Shown piece after piece: positions 10,078 to 20,197 of a stretch of 64,000 nt of DNA. The DNA comes from Candidatus Dojkabacteria bacterium (GTDB lineage: Bacteria; Patescibacteriota; Dojkabacteria; SC72), in contig JBMNHC010000001.1 in NCBI GenBank assembly GCA_050950165.1, forward strand, positions 255,151 through 319,150. Reading direction: 5' to 3'. How positions within the stretch are numbered: position 1 is the stretch's first letter; the number at the start of each line of letters is the position of its first letter. Position numbers and translations under genes: made by a program. The notes under the pieces are model-generated. The model saw only the letters and a program-made list of their open reading frames with translations. It was not told where the DNA came from and did not search any database.

Positions 10078-11829
10078 ATGGCTACAACAAGAAGCAGAAC
10101 TACAAAAAGAGCATTAAGAGTTCTCCTCATCATAGGAGGTATTCTCATTTTGGCATTAATTGGTGCTGTCGTTTACTTTTATGCAATAAAGGATTCTAAA
10201 CAACCAGATGATATCCCCACAGAGCTAACATGTGGATGTTACTTAATAGATCCTGCAATAGTAAATGATTGTGGAGATCCTAAAAAAGCCATTAGTTTTA
10301 CTACAAAGAGTGTACCTGCAGACCAAGCCTGTTCAGCACAGTGTGACAGTTCGATATTTACCCGATACACACCTAAAAGCTCTACTCCAGAAGCAAGCTA
10401 TAAATCGTGTACTGTTAGAAGTATTGCAGATGCAAGATGTAAAAATATGATAATACTTGATCAAGACGGGAAGCTTGTTACAGGTAAAGTAAATCCTACT
10501 GACAGTATCAAGGTAGAAGCAACTTTTGACAAAAGTGACTACATGAACTACTCCTTTACAGTTAACTCAGAGAACCAAGAACCTGATGAAACAGAGGGTG
10601 CTACAATTACTAAAACCATCTCTGACCTTTCAACTTTTGATTCAATAGATATAGCTGCTAGTGCAACAGATAAACAAGGTAATACCATTAACTCTATCAT
10701 CTGTAGAAGAGTAGTAGAGATTGAAAAAGAAGGAGGAGTAGGTGCAAATGCAATAAGTGCAACTACAGAGAAACAAAGCGACGGTAGTACAAGAATTAGT
10801 AAGATAATAATATCAATAGGACAGCTAACTAGTGAGAACGTTAAGATTACCTTCTCTTTTGGTAATAAATATCCCACCTTGGTTATGAAAGATGGCTTAA
10901 ATATAGAAGCTGCTAAAGGAACAATAACAATATCTAAAGCTAATCTCTACGACCCATCTAACTTTGTATCACCAGAATCATTTGCCGTTTTAGATACACA
11001 CACAGGAGAGCTAACCATTACTGCTGAAGTACATGTAGATAACTCTAGTGTAGGGAAAGTCTCTACAGATCTTTCATTTGTAAAATTTGAAACACCCACA
11101 CTAGAACAGCCTGCCGAAGAACCTGAAGAAGAGAAATCAAACTTCTCTGTATCAAAAACTTCTACTCCACAATGTGTAGAAAGAGTTGCAGAGAAAAACA
11201 CAGCAACATTTACAATCACAATTAAAAATGCAGCCGCCACAGATGAAGAGATTACATACATTAAAGACAAACTACCTCTTGGATTCCAATATGTTGCTAA
11301 TAGTTCAACAATAAATGGACAACCTGTAAAAGATAGCGATATTGTTAAGGTAACAACGGTAGGTTCTACACAAGAGATAGTATGGCAACAACAAACACCA
11401 TGGAAGATAGCAACAACAGGACAACTAGTACTCATATTTAAAGCTCTTGCAGGAGCAGAAGCCATAACTGGAGAGAATATGAATGAAGTGATAGTAAATC
11501 CTGTTAAAATCCCAACTGACCCTGCCACCCTAAGATCAGAAGCAGTAATTACAGTAGCTCAAGACTGTACAAACATCACTCCCACTACTAAACCTACTAC
11601 TCCAGCTACTGGTATCTTTGACCACTTCATAACAAGAATAATTGTTGGAATAGTGCTCTTCATTACTGCATGGCTAGTATACACAAGACCAGAAGGATCT
11701 AAACTTTCAGAGATGATACTTAACTCAGAGGTATACAAGGATGTACAACTAACAAAATATCGATTAACCAATCCTAAGAAATATTTTGAGGAGAAAATAA
11801 TTAGAGAGCAGAAATCGAAAACGAGATAG
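10078..11829 (+). CDS. Cys-rich surface protein with DUF11-like domain and C-terminal TPATG sorting-like signal
   Basis: N-terminal TM; Cys cluster; ATFTITIKN..IKDKLPLGFQYVANSSTING (DUF11-like); Thr/Pro linker, TPATG, TM, then a basic tail. Confidence 0.75.
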   Translation: MATTRSRTTKRALRVLLIIGGILILALIGAVVYFYAIKDSKQPDDIPTELTCGCYLIDPAIVNDCGDPKKAISFTTKSVPADQACSAQCDSSIFTRYTPKSSTPEASYKSCTVRSIADARCKNMIILDQDGKLVTGKVNPTDSIKVEATFDKSDYMNYSFTVNSENQEPDETEGATITKTISDLSTFDSIDIAASATDKQGNTINSIICRRVVEIEKEGGVGANAISATTEKQSDGSTRISKIIISIGQLTSENVKITFSFGNKYPTLVMKDGLNIEAAKGTITISKANLYDPSNFVSPESFAVLDTHTGELTITAEVHVDNSSVGKVSTDLSFVKFETPTLEQPAEEPEEEKSNFSVSKTSTPQCVERVAEKNTATFTITIKNAAATDEEITYIKDKLPLGFQYVANSSTINGQPVKDSDIVKVTTVGSTQEIVWQQQTPWKIATTGQLVLIFKALAGAEAITGENMNEVIVNPVKIPTDPATLRSEAVITVAQDCTNITPTTKPTTPATGIFDHFITRIIVGIVLFITAWLVYTRPEGSKLSEMILNSEVYKDVQLTKYRLTNPKKYFEEKIIREQKSKTR

Positions 11830-12199
11830 GTAATCCCTCTTTACCATAGCTAACACCATCCGATATTATCGAAAAGAAATATGTCTTTGTAGATACTAAA
11901 GAATTTACTACAACTGTATGCTTTGTATCCTTAATCTCATTCTCTAAATCTATACCCACAAGACGAAGATCCTTCATCTCACTACCATATATCACATATC
12001 CTGAACATCTCTGTTTACTCTTCCAAGAGATAACAACAGAATTCTCTCCTTCCCCTTTTCTTACCTCAACATTGTATGGATCACACCCACCAACAAAAGG
12101 AGATGAATTTGAACCAGAAGCTTTAAAAACAAATATGAGTATAACCCCAATAATTATGAAAGATGCCAAAGATATTGTAAATATTACCCTACTCTTCAT
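11801..12199 (-). CDS. Small membrane-anchored fibronectin type III-like protein
   Basis: TM, then PYNVEV..SVVISW..GYVIYG..HTVVVNSLVSTKTYFFSI (FN3 pattern). Confidence 0.75.
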   Translation of the reverse strand: MKSRVIFTISLASFIIIGVILIFVFKASGSNSSPFVGGCDPYNVEVRKGEGENSVVISWKSKQRCSGYVIYGSEMKDLRLVGIDLENEIKDTKHTVVVNSLVSTKTYFFSIISDGVSYGKEGLPISFSISAL

Positions 12200-12599
12200 T
12201 CTCTTCTACGATAATATAATCTACAACCTCAGAACTACTACTACCATCCTCTACTCTTAAAACCACCTTCTGTACCCCTAAATCTTCTAAAGAAGGAGTA
12301 CCCCTAACTATCCTCTGCTCATCTATCCACATCCAATCAGGAGCCTCAACAAGTGTTAAATAAACATCACTAAAATTACTGCTATCAATCTTCGGTACAA
12401 AAAGATACTCCACATTAGCATACGCTACATTAGGCATAAGATTAGTAATACGTACAGACCTCTCCACTATATATCTCTCAGTACTAATACCCTTAACATC
12501 TTCTTTTCTAAGAAGGTAAACTGCAGAAACAATACACGCTGCAATAATTAAAACGAATATAACTATCGCCACTATCTTCCTCGTTCTCCATCTATTCAT
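12189..12599 (-). CDS. Small membrane-anchored Ig-like domain protein
   Basis: TM, then APDWMWID..VRGTPSLEDLG..VVLRVEDG (He_PIG/cadherin-like). Start moved from 12623 to ATG 12599, which has TGnTACACT 7 nt upstream. Confidence 0.7.
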   Translation of the reverse strand: MNRWRTRKIVAIVIFVLIIAACIVSAVYLLRKEDVKGISTERYIVERSVRITNLMPNVAYANVEYLFVPKIDSSNFSDVYLTLVEAPDWMWIDEQRIVRGTPSLEDLGVQKVVLRVEDGSSSSEVVDYIIVEENEE

Positions 12600-12628
12600 A
12601 TAAAATAGTGTATCAATTAACATTTCTG

Positions 12629-12657
12629 TTTACAAACAAACTCTTAACAGATATAAT
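12629..12657 (+). promoter_or_regulatory. Putative sigma70 promoter of rpsT
   Basis: TTTACA-N17-TATAAT. Confidence 0.65.
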
Positions 12658-12695
12658 ACATCGCAATATTGAATCAATTTATATATCACTTCATA

Positions 12696-12992
12696 ATGCC
12701 AAATTTAAAAGCATCAATAAAAGATTTAAGACAAACAAAAAGAAGAACACTGTATAACGATAGATTAAGAAAAAGAGTTAAGAAATCTATCAAAAATTTT
12801 CAAGAACTGGTAAAATCAGAGAAGAGAGATGCTGCCTCAAAATCACTTAAACAGACATACAAGGTTCTTGACAAAGCAGCTAAGAAGAATATTATAAGTA
12901 AAGGCAACGCAAGTAGGAGAAAATCCAGACTTGCCTCTCAACTTAACAAACTGTCCATAGATAATGTCAAAACTAATCAAAAGAGCACTTAA
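12696..12992 (+). CDS. rpsT: 30S ribosomal protein S20
   Basis: MPNLKASIKDLRQTKRR..LDKAAKKNIISKGNASRRKSRL; start corrected to ATG 12696. Confidence 0.95.
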   Translation: MPNLKASIKDLRQTKRRTLYNDRLRKRVKKSIKNFQELVKSEKRDAASKSLKQTYKVLDKAAKKNIISKGNASRRKSRLASQLNKLSIDNVKTNQKST

Positions 12993-13512
12993 AACTTCCA
13001 TAATTCCTGCAATATTAATGATTGCAGGTAAAGTGTTTGGTATTTTCTTCATTAGTGCCCTCTATACCCTCTCCTTTGAAATAGGGAATGATATTAAAGG
13101 ACCTTTCTCTACTCAGATATACTTTGAGGATCCTCAAACTACACTCTTTGTAAACTCTTTTTCAGATCTCTCAATGATTCTCTTTTTAGCCATTCCTACA
13201 ATCTACTTCATATCTAAAACTGCAATATTTCAAAGTACAATGAATAATCCCAAAACCATTGTTAAAGTAGCTAAATTAAACATACTACAATGGATAACTA
13301 AAGATGATACAACCTTTCTTAAAATATTCATCTGGAATGCATTTCTCTGGATTAGTTGTGCAATAGTGATTGTAAATACATTCCAAAACAGCACTTACAC
13401 ATGGGTAGGAATAGTTGCAGGATCAATAGCATTCATATGTGGATACGGTGCTCTCAAAACATTTGAACTTGAAGTAGATAAGGTATATCCTGATAAGAGG
13501 AGATACTTTTAA
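12964..13512 (+). CDS. Hypothetical integral membrane protein (about 4 TM)
   Basis: 182-aa ORF with several hydrophobic segments; overlaps the rpsT end. Confidence 0.7.
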   Translation: MSKLIKRALKTSIIPAILMIAGKVFGIFFISALYTLSFEIGNDIKGPFSTQIYFEDPQTTLFVNSFSDLSMILFLAIPTIYFISKTAIFQSTMNNPKTIVKVAKLNILQWITKDDTTFLKIFIWNAFLWISCAIVIVNTFQNSTYTWVGIVAGSIAFICGYGALKTFELEVDKVYPDKRRYF

Positions 13513-13514
13513 AT

Positions 13515-14066
13515 ATGGGAAAGAAAGAAATTAAGAAAACATTAGCATTAGTAGTAGAACCTTTAGCATTAGGTCTTGTTGCTCTCCTTTTCATAATCCC
13601 TGCAATAACTGTAGTTAATCTACAACCAATAACTAAGAAACTAAAAGAGTTAAATGTTTTGGGTGTCACAAATACAGAAGGACTTAAAGTAAATATTGTA
13701 GGTGGTACACACCAGATATTTTTCAATGAAATGATTGAAGCCGATGATGGAATATATCTGTATAAAACTAAGTTGGTAAAGAGAAATGCAGATAGTTACT
13801 CAAAACCAATATTAGAGATTGTAAATACTAAAGGAGAGAATATTAACCTACAGATATATGGAGGAACTCTAATTCCTACAAAATCAGAGATAGGGGTAAT
13901 AATTAAAGACCAAAAGTACAGATTACAAGGTACTGAGGGGAATATAGAGACTCAGAATATCTCAATACCTGCAAAAGAAAAATATATTGTATATCTCTAC
14001 GTTGAGAATTTTTCAGATATTCAATTTGAAGAAGATTTTGAATTAACAATAAAAGAGATACAATAA
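13515..14066 (+). CDS. Hypothetical membrane-anchored beta-rich protein
   Basis: TM followed by NVLGV and a beta-strand-rich domain; 2 bp after the previous stop. Confidence 0.7.
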   Translation: MGKKEIKKTLALVVEPLALGLVALLFIIPAITVVNLQPITKKLKELNVLGVTNTEGLKVNIVGGTHQIFFNEMIEADDGIYLYKTKLVKRNADSYSKPILEIVNTKGENINLQIYGGTLIPTKSEIGVIIKDQKYRLQGTEGNIETQNISIPAKEKYIVYLYVENFSDIQFEEDFELTIKEIQ

Positions 14067-14150
14067 CTTAGCTATACTCATAACCAAAAGTATATATACT
14101 ACTCTCTTTTCTTTTAATAAAGCAACATTCTAGATATAATACTCAGATAT

Positions 14151-15974
14151 ATGAGTAATAGTAAGTTAAACAAAATAAGGAATTTTTCAATAATCGCACA
14201 TATAGATCATGGCAAATCTACTCTTGCTGATAGAATGTTAGAAACAGCACATATAGATATCTCTCGTGATAAGAGAGACTCTAGAGTCTTAGACAGACTA
14301 GATCTAGAACAAGAGAAAGGGATTACAATTAAACTACAAGCATGCAAAATGATATGGAAAGAGTACGAACTTAATCTCATAGATACACCAGGACATGTAG
14401 ACTTCTCATACGAAGTTTCAAGGTCATTAGCTGCATGTGAAGCTGCAATACTTCTTGTAGATGCATCACAAGGAGTACAAGCACAAACAATATCTAACAC
14501 ACAGAAAGCTTTAGAATTAGGATTAACACTAATACCTGTGATTAATAAGATAGATTTACCAAACATAGATATTAAAAAAAGTGAACTAGAATTAGAACAA
14601 CTCTTAGGATTTAAAAAAGAAGACATTGTTAAAGTCTCAGCCAAAACAGGAGAAGGCGTCGAAACTCTCTTAGATAAGATAGTAGAGCTATGCCCTCCAC
14701 CACAAGGAGATAAAGAAGCTCCACTTAAAGCCTTAATCTTTGATTCTTTCTACGATGAGCATAGAGGAGTAGTAGTAGCTGTTAGAGTCTTTGATGGACA
14801 GATACGATACATACCAGGCAAACCTTCCGACCTTTACATCTTACAAAAAGGAGAAGTTTTCAAACCCACAGAGGTAGGAGTCTTTTCGCCAGATTTAAAA
14901 GAAACAGAATTTTTAGATACAGGAGAAGTAGGATATATAGCTACGGGATTTAAAGATATTAGTTTCTTTACAGTAGGAGATACAATATCTGATAGTTCTA
15001 AAACAGAACCATTAGAAGGATACAGAACACCAAAACCGAATGTATTTGCAACATTCTTTCCTGTCACACCAGACGATTATGAACCTCTTAAAATAGGACT
15101 TAATAAATTAAGTATGAATGATGCAGCTCTAACCTTTACTGACCAAAAATCAAATATGCTAGGCTCTGGTTTTAGATGTGGATTCTTAGGATTACTACAT
15201 ATGGAAATAGTTCAGGAAAGATTAGAGAGAGAATACGATGTAGACCTAATCATAACAGCACCAACAGTAGAATATGAGGTAATAAAAACTACTGGAGAAA
15301 AGATTAAAATACAAACACCTCAAGAACTACCTGATCCAGCAGAGATAGAGGAAGTCTTAGAACCATGGGTTAGAGTTAAAATAATGACACCAGACAGATA
15401 TATAGGACCTCTAATGGAACTTTGCCAATACAAAAGAGGTGACTATGTAAACACTCACTACCTAACAGCTAATAAAGGAGATATACAACTAAAAGATCAA
15501 TATATAGAACTTGAATATGATATGCCTCTTGCCTCTCTTGTTTCTAATTTCTTTGATCAGCTTAAAAACAAATCTAGTGGATATGCTTCTATGGAGTATG
15601 AGTTTATAGATTTCTTTCCTGTTAATCTTGTTAAAGTATCCATCTTAATTAACCACGAAGACATTCCTGCATTAAGTTTCCTAGAAACAGAGGATCATGC
15701 TCGTACTAGGGCTGCGAAGATGTTAGAAATTATGAAAGAAGAGATACCAAGACAACAGTTCCCTGTCCCACTACAAGCTTCAATAGGGGCAAAGATAATA
15801 GCTAGGGAAGATGTAAAAGCATTTAGAAAAGATGTAACAGCAAAACTCTACGGAGGAGACTATACAAGAAGATTAAAATTACTAGAGAAACAGAAGAAAG
15901 GGAAAAAAAGACTAAAAACAATTGGACAAGTAAATGTCCCACAAGAAGCATTTCTAAGTATATTAAAGACATAG
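14151..15974 (+). CDS. lepA: Elongation factor 4
   Basis: IRNFSIIAHIDHGKSTLADR, DTPGHVDF, GFRCGFLGLLHMEI, RKDVTAKLYGGD, KLLEKQKKGK. Confidence 0.98.
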   Translation: MSNSKLNKIRNFSIIAHIDHGKSTLADRMLETAHIDISRDKRDSRVLDRLDLEQEKGITIKLQACKMIWKEYELNLIDTPGHVDFSYEVSRSLAACEAAILLVDASQGVQAQTISNTQKALELGLTLIPVINKIDLPNIDIKKSELELEQLLGFKKEDIVKVSAKTGEGVETLLDKIVELCPPPQGDKEAPLKALIFDSFYDEHRGVVVAVRVFDGQIRYIPGKPSDLYILQKGEVFKPTEVGVFSPDLKETEFLDTGEVGYIATGFKDISFFTVGDTISDSSKTEPLEGYRTPKPNVFATFFPVTPDDYEPLKIGLNKLSMNDAALTFTDQKSNMLGSGFRCGFLGLLHMEIVQERLEREYDVDLIITAPTVEYEVIKTTGEKIKIQTPQELPDPAEIEEVLEPWVRVKIMTPDRYIGPLMELCQYKRGDYVNTHYLTANKGDIQLKDQYIELEYDMPLASLVSNFFDQLKNKSSGYASMEYEFIDFFPVNLVKVSILINHEDIPALSFLETEDHARTRAAKMLEIMKEEIPRQQFPVPLQASIGAKIIAREDVKAFRKDVTAKLYGGDYTRRLKLLEKQKKGKKRLKTIGQVNVPQEAFLSILKT

Positions 15975-15983
15975 CAGATTCTA

Positions 15984-17297
15984 TTAAGACTTTGCTACTC
16001 TCTCTCGCTGATATCGTTTGTACTCTCTCTCATCTAATAAATATCTAGCTCTAGTAGCTCTAGAAGTCCAGCTTTCAATATAAATATAAAATTCTGGTAT
16101 TAATTCTTTCACACTCATATTTTTATGCTCGAGGGCAAAACGACAAAAATCTGATTGAAATATAGGAGCAAAGCGGAGAGCATCAGGCCAAACTTTAAAA
16201 ACAGAGAGAAATGTCAAAGGATTATTCCTATCTTCCTCTGGTAAATATTGAAAATTTGAAGGATCTATACTTAAAAGTTTCCTGCATACACCTTGTAGGT
16301 ATTCTTTATCTGCAACCATTGTACCAAATATATCCAATATCTGAGTTCGTCCTTTTTTAACAGCATTCTCAACTACTTTGTCTACTATGTCGGGGCGTAA
16401 ACGTATAACATCCTCATGAACAGCAATTAAAGTAGAAAGCCCCTCTTCTGCGGCTCTCGCTACAGTCTTAGCATCTTCTACTTTTCCTAAATACAATCTA
16501 TGCTCCGAAAAATAAAGTCTAAGCTCATCATCTATCCCAGGTATATCCATCAAAAACTGGCTAAGTATCTCCCTGTGAGCTTTAGGATCTTTGGACTTTA
16601 CAAAATCTTTGAAAACCTTCTTAAAAAAATCTAAAGCAAAATCTGTATCCTCTTTATACAATGCACACAGATTCTCTTCAGTCCTATTATCTTCATATCT
16701 GGAAGTATCAATGAAACATTCAAAGCATTTAGCATAGCTACTAAAGATATCCTTAGAAACAGATAGAACTTCTTTATCTATTTTCTCTGGATGAATATAG
16801 AAGAAAAGTTCTTCTGCTAAATTCTCTTCTTTAAAAATACTCACTACTTTTAGAAAAAATTCTTTATCCGAAAGAATACTCGGATCTACATAATCTAGAA
16901 GAGGTATCCTTACATAACTGAAATGATAGTTAAAGTTATAACCAGATTTCTTAAATAAATGATCCATTCCTTTTTTTATAGTACGAACATATTTAAGTAC
17001 AAAATCTTTATCTTCCAGCAACTTTGAGTCTTTAAGATCGAAAGATGATAAACAGCCCTCTTCATCTACTGTAATAACTTGACAGTGTACAGCTTCAATT
17101 ACAACATCTGGATCATCTTTGAATTGTACAACATCTAGACCTTCATATTTAGGTATCCAATTACCAGACTCCTTAGCCTTCTCAACCTGGGCTGAATATT
17201 CATTCAAATCTTTTAATACTTGCTTTTTAGCAATATCGTACTCTAATGTACCTTGAAACAACTCCTGAGTAGAATTAGATTCCTGTTCTATACTCAT
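15984..17297 (-). CDS. Hypothetical helical-repeat protein (DUF4116-like)
   Basis: Recurrent DKDFVL, DKEFFL, DTDFAL, DKEYL and FQYLPEEDRNN..DALRFAP repeats. Confidence 0.6.
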   Translation of the reverse strand: MSIEQESNSTQELFQGTLEYDIAKKQVLKDLNEYSAQVEKAKESGNWIPKYEGLDVVQFKDDPDVVIEAVHCQVITVDEEGCLSSFDLKDSKLLEDKDFVLKYVRTIKKGMDHLFKKSGYNFNYHFSYVRIPLLDYVDPSILSDKEFFLKVVSIFKEENLAEELFFYIHPEKIDKEVLSVSKDIFSSYAKCFECFIDTSRYEDNRTEENLCALYKEDTDFALDFFKKVFKDFVKSKDPKAHREILSQFLMDIPGIDDELRLYFSEHRLYLGKVEDAKTVARAAEEGLSTLIAVHEDVIRLRPDIVDKVVENAVKKGRTQILDIFGTMVADKEYLQGVCRKLLSIDPSNFQYLPEEDRNNPLTFLSVFKVWPDALRFAPIFQSDFCRFALEHKNMSVKELIPEFYIYIESWTSRATRARYLLDEREYKRYQRERVAKS

Positions 17298-17396
17298 TTC
17301 AGTATAAATATAAAATTTATTCTTGGGGAGTTTCGCAATTATACACCAATATTTTTCTCTCTACAAATACATTTTTATCATATATAATCAATACTA

Positions 17397-18473
17397 ATGA
17401 TTAACCATATCAAGCTAGTAAACTTCAGAAAATTTAAAAACCTAGAGATAGATATTAATAAAAAAATTGTGGTATTACACGGAAGTAATGCACAAGGAAA
17501 AAGTACAATTCTAGAATCCATATACCTTATCAACAATGGTAAATCCCCATGGGCATCAACAGATGAATATATTAATACTGACCAAAGTAAAGAAGTACAT
17601 ACCAGAATAGAAATAGAAAGAGATGGAAGAAACTATACATACTTCAAAGACAAACAACAAAGAATATTTAAAATAGATGGGAAGAGAGTAAGAAGTAAAA
17701 CATTCTTAGCAAATACCTCTGCTACAATATTTAATCCTGAAAAAATAGAACTCTTAATGATATCACCATCCCAAAGAAGAAACTTTTTAGATGAAGTAAT
17801 AGAGAAGTATAACTATGAATATGAATACACTCTTAAAGAATTTAAACAAGTTTTAAGACAGAGAAATGCATATTTAAAAAAATTAGCAAAACTCTTCTAT
17901 GAACAAGGCATCGTTGCTATCAATGACCCTCAACTTAATTTCTGGAGTAAACAGTTCGTAGAAAAATCTCTAGATATATTACAAGAGAGAATTAATCTAA
18001 CTAAAGAACTTTCTAAAAACGGATATGATCTTAAGTATAGAACAGGATTCTCTATCGACAAGAGAAAAATATCTAACAGAGAATATCTAAAAGAGAAACT
18101 AATTGAAGATTTAGAGAATAGTAAAAGGAAGGATATTGCAACAGGATACTCAAATATAGGGCCTCACAGAGATGACTGGGAGATATTTTTAGAAAGAGAT
18201 ATTAAAAAATTTGGATCAAGAGGAGAAAAAAGATTAGCTATAGGAGCGTTAATATTTCGATCTCAGGAGGTAATATATAACAAGACAGGCTACTACCCTA
18301 TTCTCCTTCTAGATGATATAGCCTCCGAGTTAGACACACCCAATACAAAGAAGATATTTAACAAACGGCTAATAGATAAACAACAAACCTTTATCACAGT
18401 TATTGATTATAAAACTCTACCAAAAAATATTCTAAAAGAGTGCCAACTTATACACCTAAATGGAAAGAATTAA
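17397..18473 (+). CDS. recF: DNA replication and repair protein RecF
   Basis: NFR, GSNAQGKS, PSQRRNFLD, QRNAYLK, GPHRDD, GSRGEKR, PILLLDDIASELD. Confidence 0.95.
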   Translation: MINHIKLVNFRKFKNLEIDINKKIVVLHGSNAQGKSTILESIYLINNGKSPWASTDEYINTDQSKEVHTRIEIERDGRNYTYFKDKQQRIFKIDGKRVRSKTFLANTSATIFNPEKIELLMISPSQRRNFLDEVIEKYNYEYEYTLKEFKQVLRQRNAYLKKLAKLFYEQGIVAINDPQLNFWSKQFVEKSLDILQERINLTKELSKNGYDLKYRTGFSIDKRKISNREYLKEKLIEDLENSKRKDIATGYSNIGPHRDDWEIFLERDIKKFGSRGEKRLAIGALIFRSQEVIYNKTGYYPILLLDDIASELDTPNTKKIFNKRLIDKQQTFITVIDYKTLPKNILKECQLIHLNGKN

Positions 18474-18481
18474 TATCTCTT

Positions 18482-19279
18482 TCATTTATAAAACCCTTTC
18501 AATATTCTCTCTTTATAATCCGATGGAAAAAACTGTATTCTACCCTCTGAGTAGTTAGTTTGTATTCTCTTAATCTCTGGTTTGTGATTAGAGATAAGCA
18601 TAAATAAAACTTGTAACAGATATGCCAAGTAATTAAGTATAACTATAAAGATATTAACTCCTCTATACACTCTCCTCTTACTATTAAACAACCTTTTATC
18701 TACAAGATACTCTGTTTCTAACCATCTGTTCTCACTAAAAATGGAAGAAAGATATCCCTTTTGATAAATAGGAATCATATACAATAGCTCATGAAGATTA
18801 AAAATATCTCTCTCTAAACTCAATCCTCTCTCCTCAACAATATAGTTTGTACAAAACAGATTCTTTACATTTTCGCCATCTCTTTTTACTCTAATAACAT
18901 GCTTAAAGAGATTTCTTAGTCTAATAACTCCTCTATATATCCATGCACTACCATTTCTAACAACAATAAAGAGATCAATATCATCTTCCTCTTTAGCAAA
19001 ACCTGCTGCTACAGAACCAGAAACACCTATAAACTTAACCCAGTCTGAAACTAACAGAATATTCATATTGCTCTTAGCTATCCTAATCTTACTTAATATA
19101 ACTCTCTCCTGCTTAAGATTTATCTTTTTCCCTAAAAGATTAAATATGCCTTTCGGAAGTTGCGAAACTCTCTCCTTTCCCCATATATACCGAGCTTTTT
19201 TAAGGGTCAGTTTAACCCCCATATTAGACCTAAATTTAATAAATTCTTTAATAATCCTATCTATCTTTTTTCTATACAT
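18482..19279 (-). CDS. Pol-beta-type nucleotidyltransferase domain protein
   Basis: GVSGSVAAGFAKEEDDIDLFIV (GS..DxD motif). Confidence 0.8.
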   Translation of the reverse strand: MYRKKIDRIIKEFIKFRSNMGVKLTLKKARYIWGKERVSQLPKGIFNLLGKKINLKQERVILSKIRIAKSNMNILLVSDWVKFIGVSGSVAAGFAKEEDDIDLFIVVRNGSAWIYRGVIRLRNLFKHVIRVKRDGENVKNLFCTNYIVEERGLSLERDIFNLHELLYMIPIYQKGYLSSIFSENRWLETEYLVDKRLFNSKRRVYRGVNIFIVILNYLAYLLQVLFMLISNHKPEIKRIQTNYSEGRIQFFPSDYKERILKGFYK

Positions 19280-19363
19280 TACAGGATATGATAGCAGTTG
19301 CTATACTTTTTAAGAAGTATTCACTCCACTAATACAGATAATTCTGGTAAACTATTCTTGATA

Positions 19364-20197
19364 ATGAAACAACACCCTATTCCACAAAATGTACTAGATG
19401 TCGAATTCAAACTCTTTACGAAATTTACACTTAAAGAGTTTGCTTACCTTGCATTAGGAGTCGGTACAGGAGGAATATTTCTCTACTTTACGGTAAGGGG
19501 AGATATACCTGGCATTATAGGGATTCCCATCTTTGCAATACTCTCTGGAATAGGAGCATTCCTTGCTTTAGTTCCCATAAACGATCAACCAGCAGATAAA
19601 GCAATTGTAAATTTCTTCTCTGTAATAAATAGGCCTACTCAACGAGTATGGTTAAATCAAGCTATGAAAGAACAGAGAACAAAACCTCTTGTAAATCCAA
19701 ATATGGATAAAAAGAAAATAATAGGGGCATCTACAGAGAAGGAGAAGGAAGAGAAAGCACAGATTTTTACAGAAAAAACAGGAGACGATATCCTAGCTGA
19801 AGCAGAAAGTATAGAAGAGGTTACTACAAAAGAAGAGAAAAAAGAAACACCTGTATTAAGAAATGATGATGAATATATTACAATAACGGAAGAGAATATT
19901 GATAAATACCAAGTTCCAATAAAAAGTGTTGATCAACTACCTGGTAATATTAATATCTGGCTTACTACCAAAGATAGTCAACCAATCCCTAGTATAAATA
20001 CATATTTAAAAGATTCTAATGGTAAAATTCTCTATGCAAACAAAACTGGTCCAAATGGATATTTCTTAACAAACAAGATACTTCCTCCTGGTTTGTATAT
20101 AGTAGAATTTGAAGGTACAATTTCTACTTTACCAAAATTAAAAATATTAGTTGGTGAAAACCAAAGTAAATTACCTTTAAAGATAATGCCTACATAA
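19364..20197 (+). CDS. PrgI family (VirB3-like) membrane protein with C-terminal beta-sandwich
   Basis: MKQHPIPQNV..EFKL..FTLKEFAYL, two TMs, VPINDQPAD..PTQRVW. Start corrected from 19298 to ATG 19364. Confidence 0.85.
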   Translation: MKQHPIPQNVLDVEFKLFTKFTLKEFAYLALGVGTGGIFLYFTVRGDIPGIIGIPIFAILSGIGAFLALVPINDQPADKAIVNFFSVINRPTQRVWLNQAMKEQRTKPLVNPNMDKKKIIGASTEKEKEEKAQIFTEKTGDDILAEAESIEEVTTKEEKKETPVLRNDDEYITITEENIDKYQVPIKSVDQLPGNINIWLTTKDSQPIPSINTYLKDSNGKILYANKTGPNGYFLTNKILPPGLYIVEFEGTISTLPKLKILVGENQSKLPLKIMPT

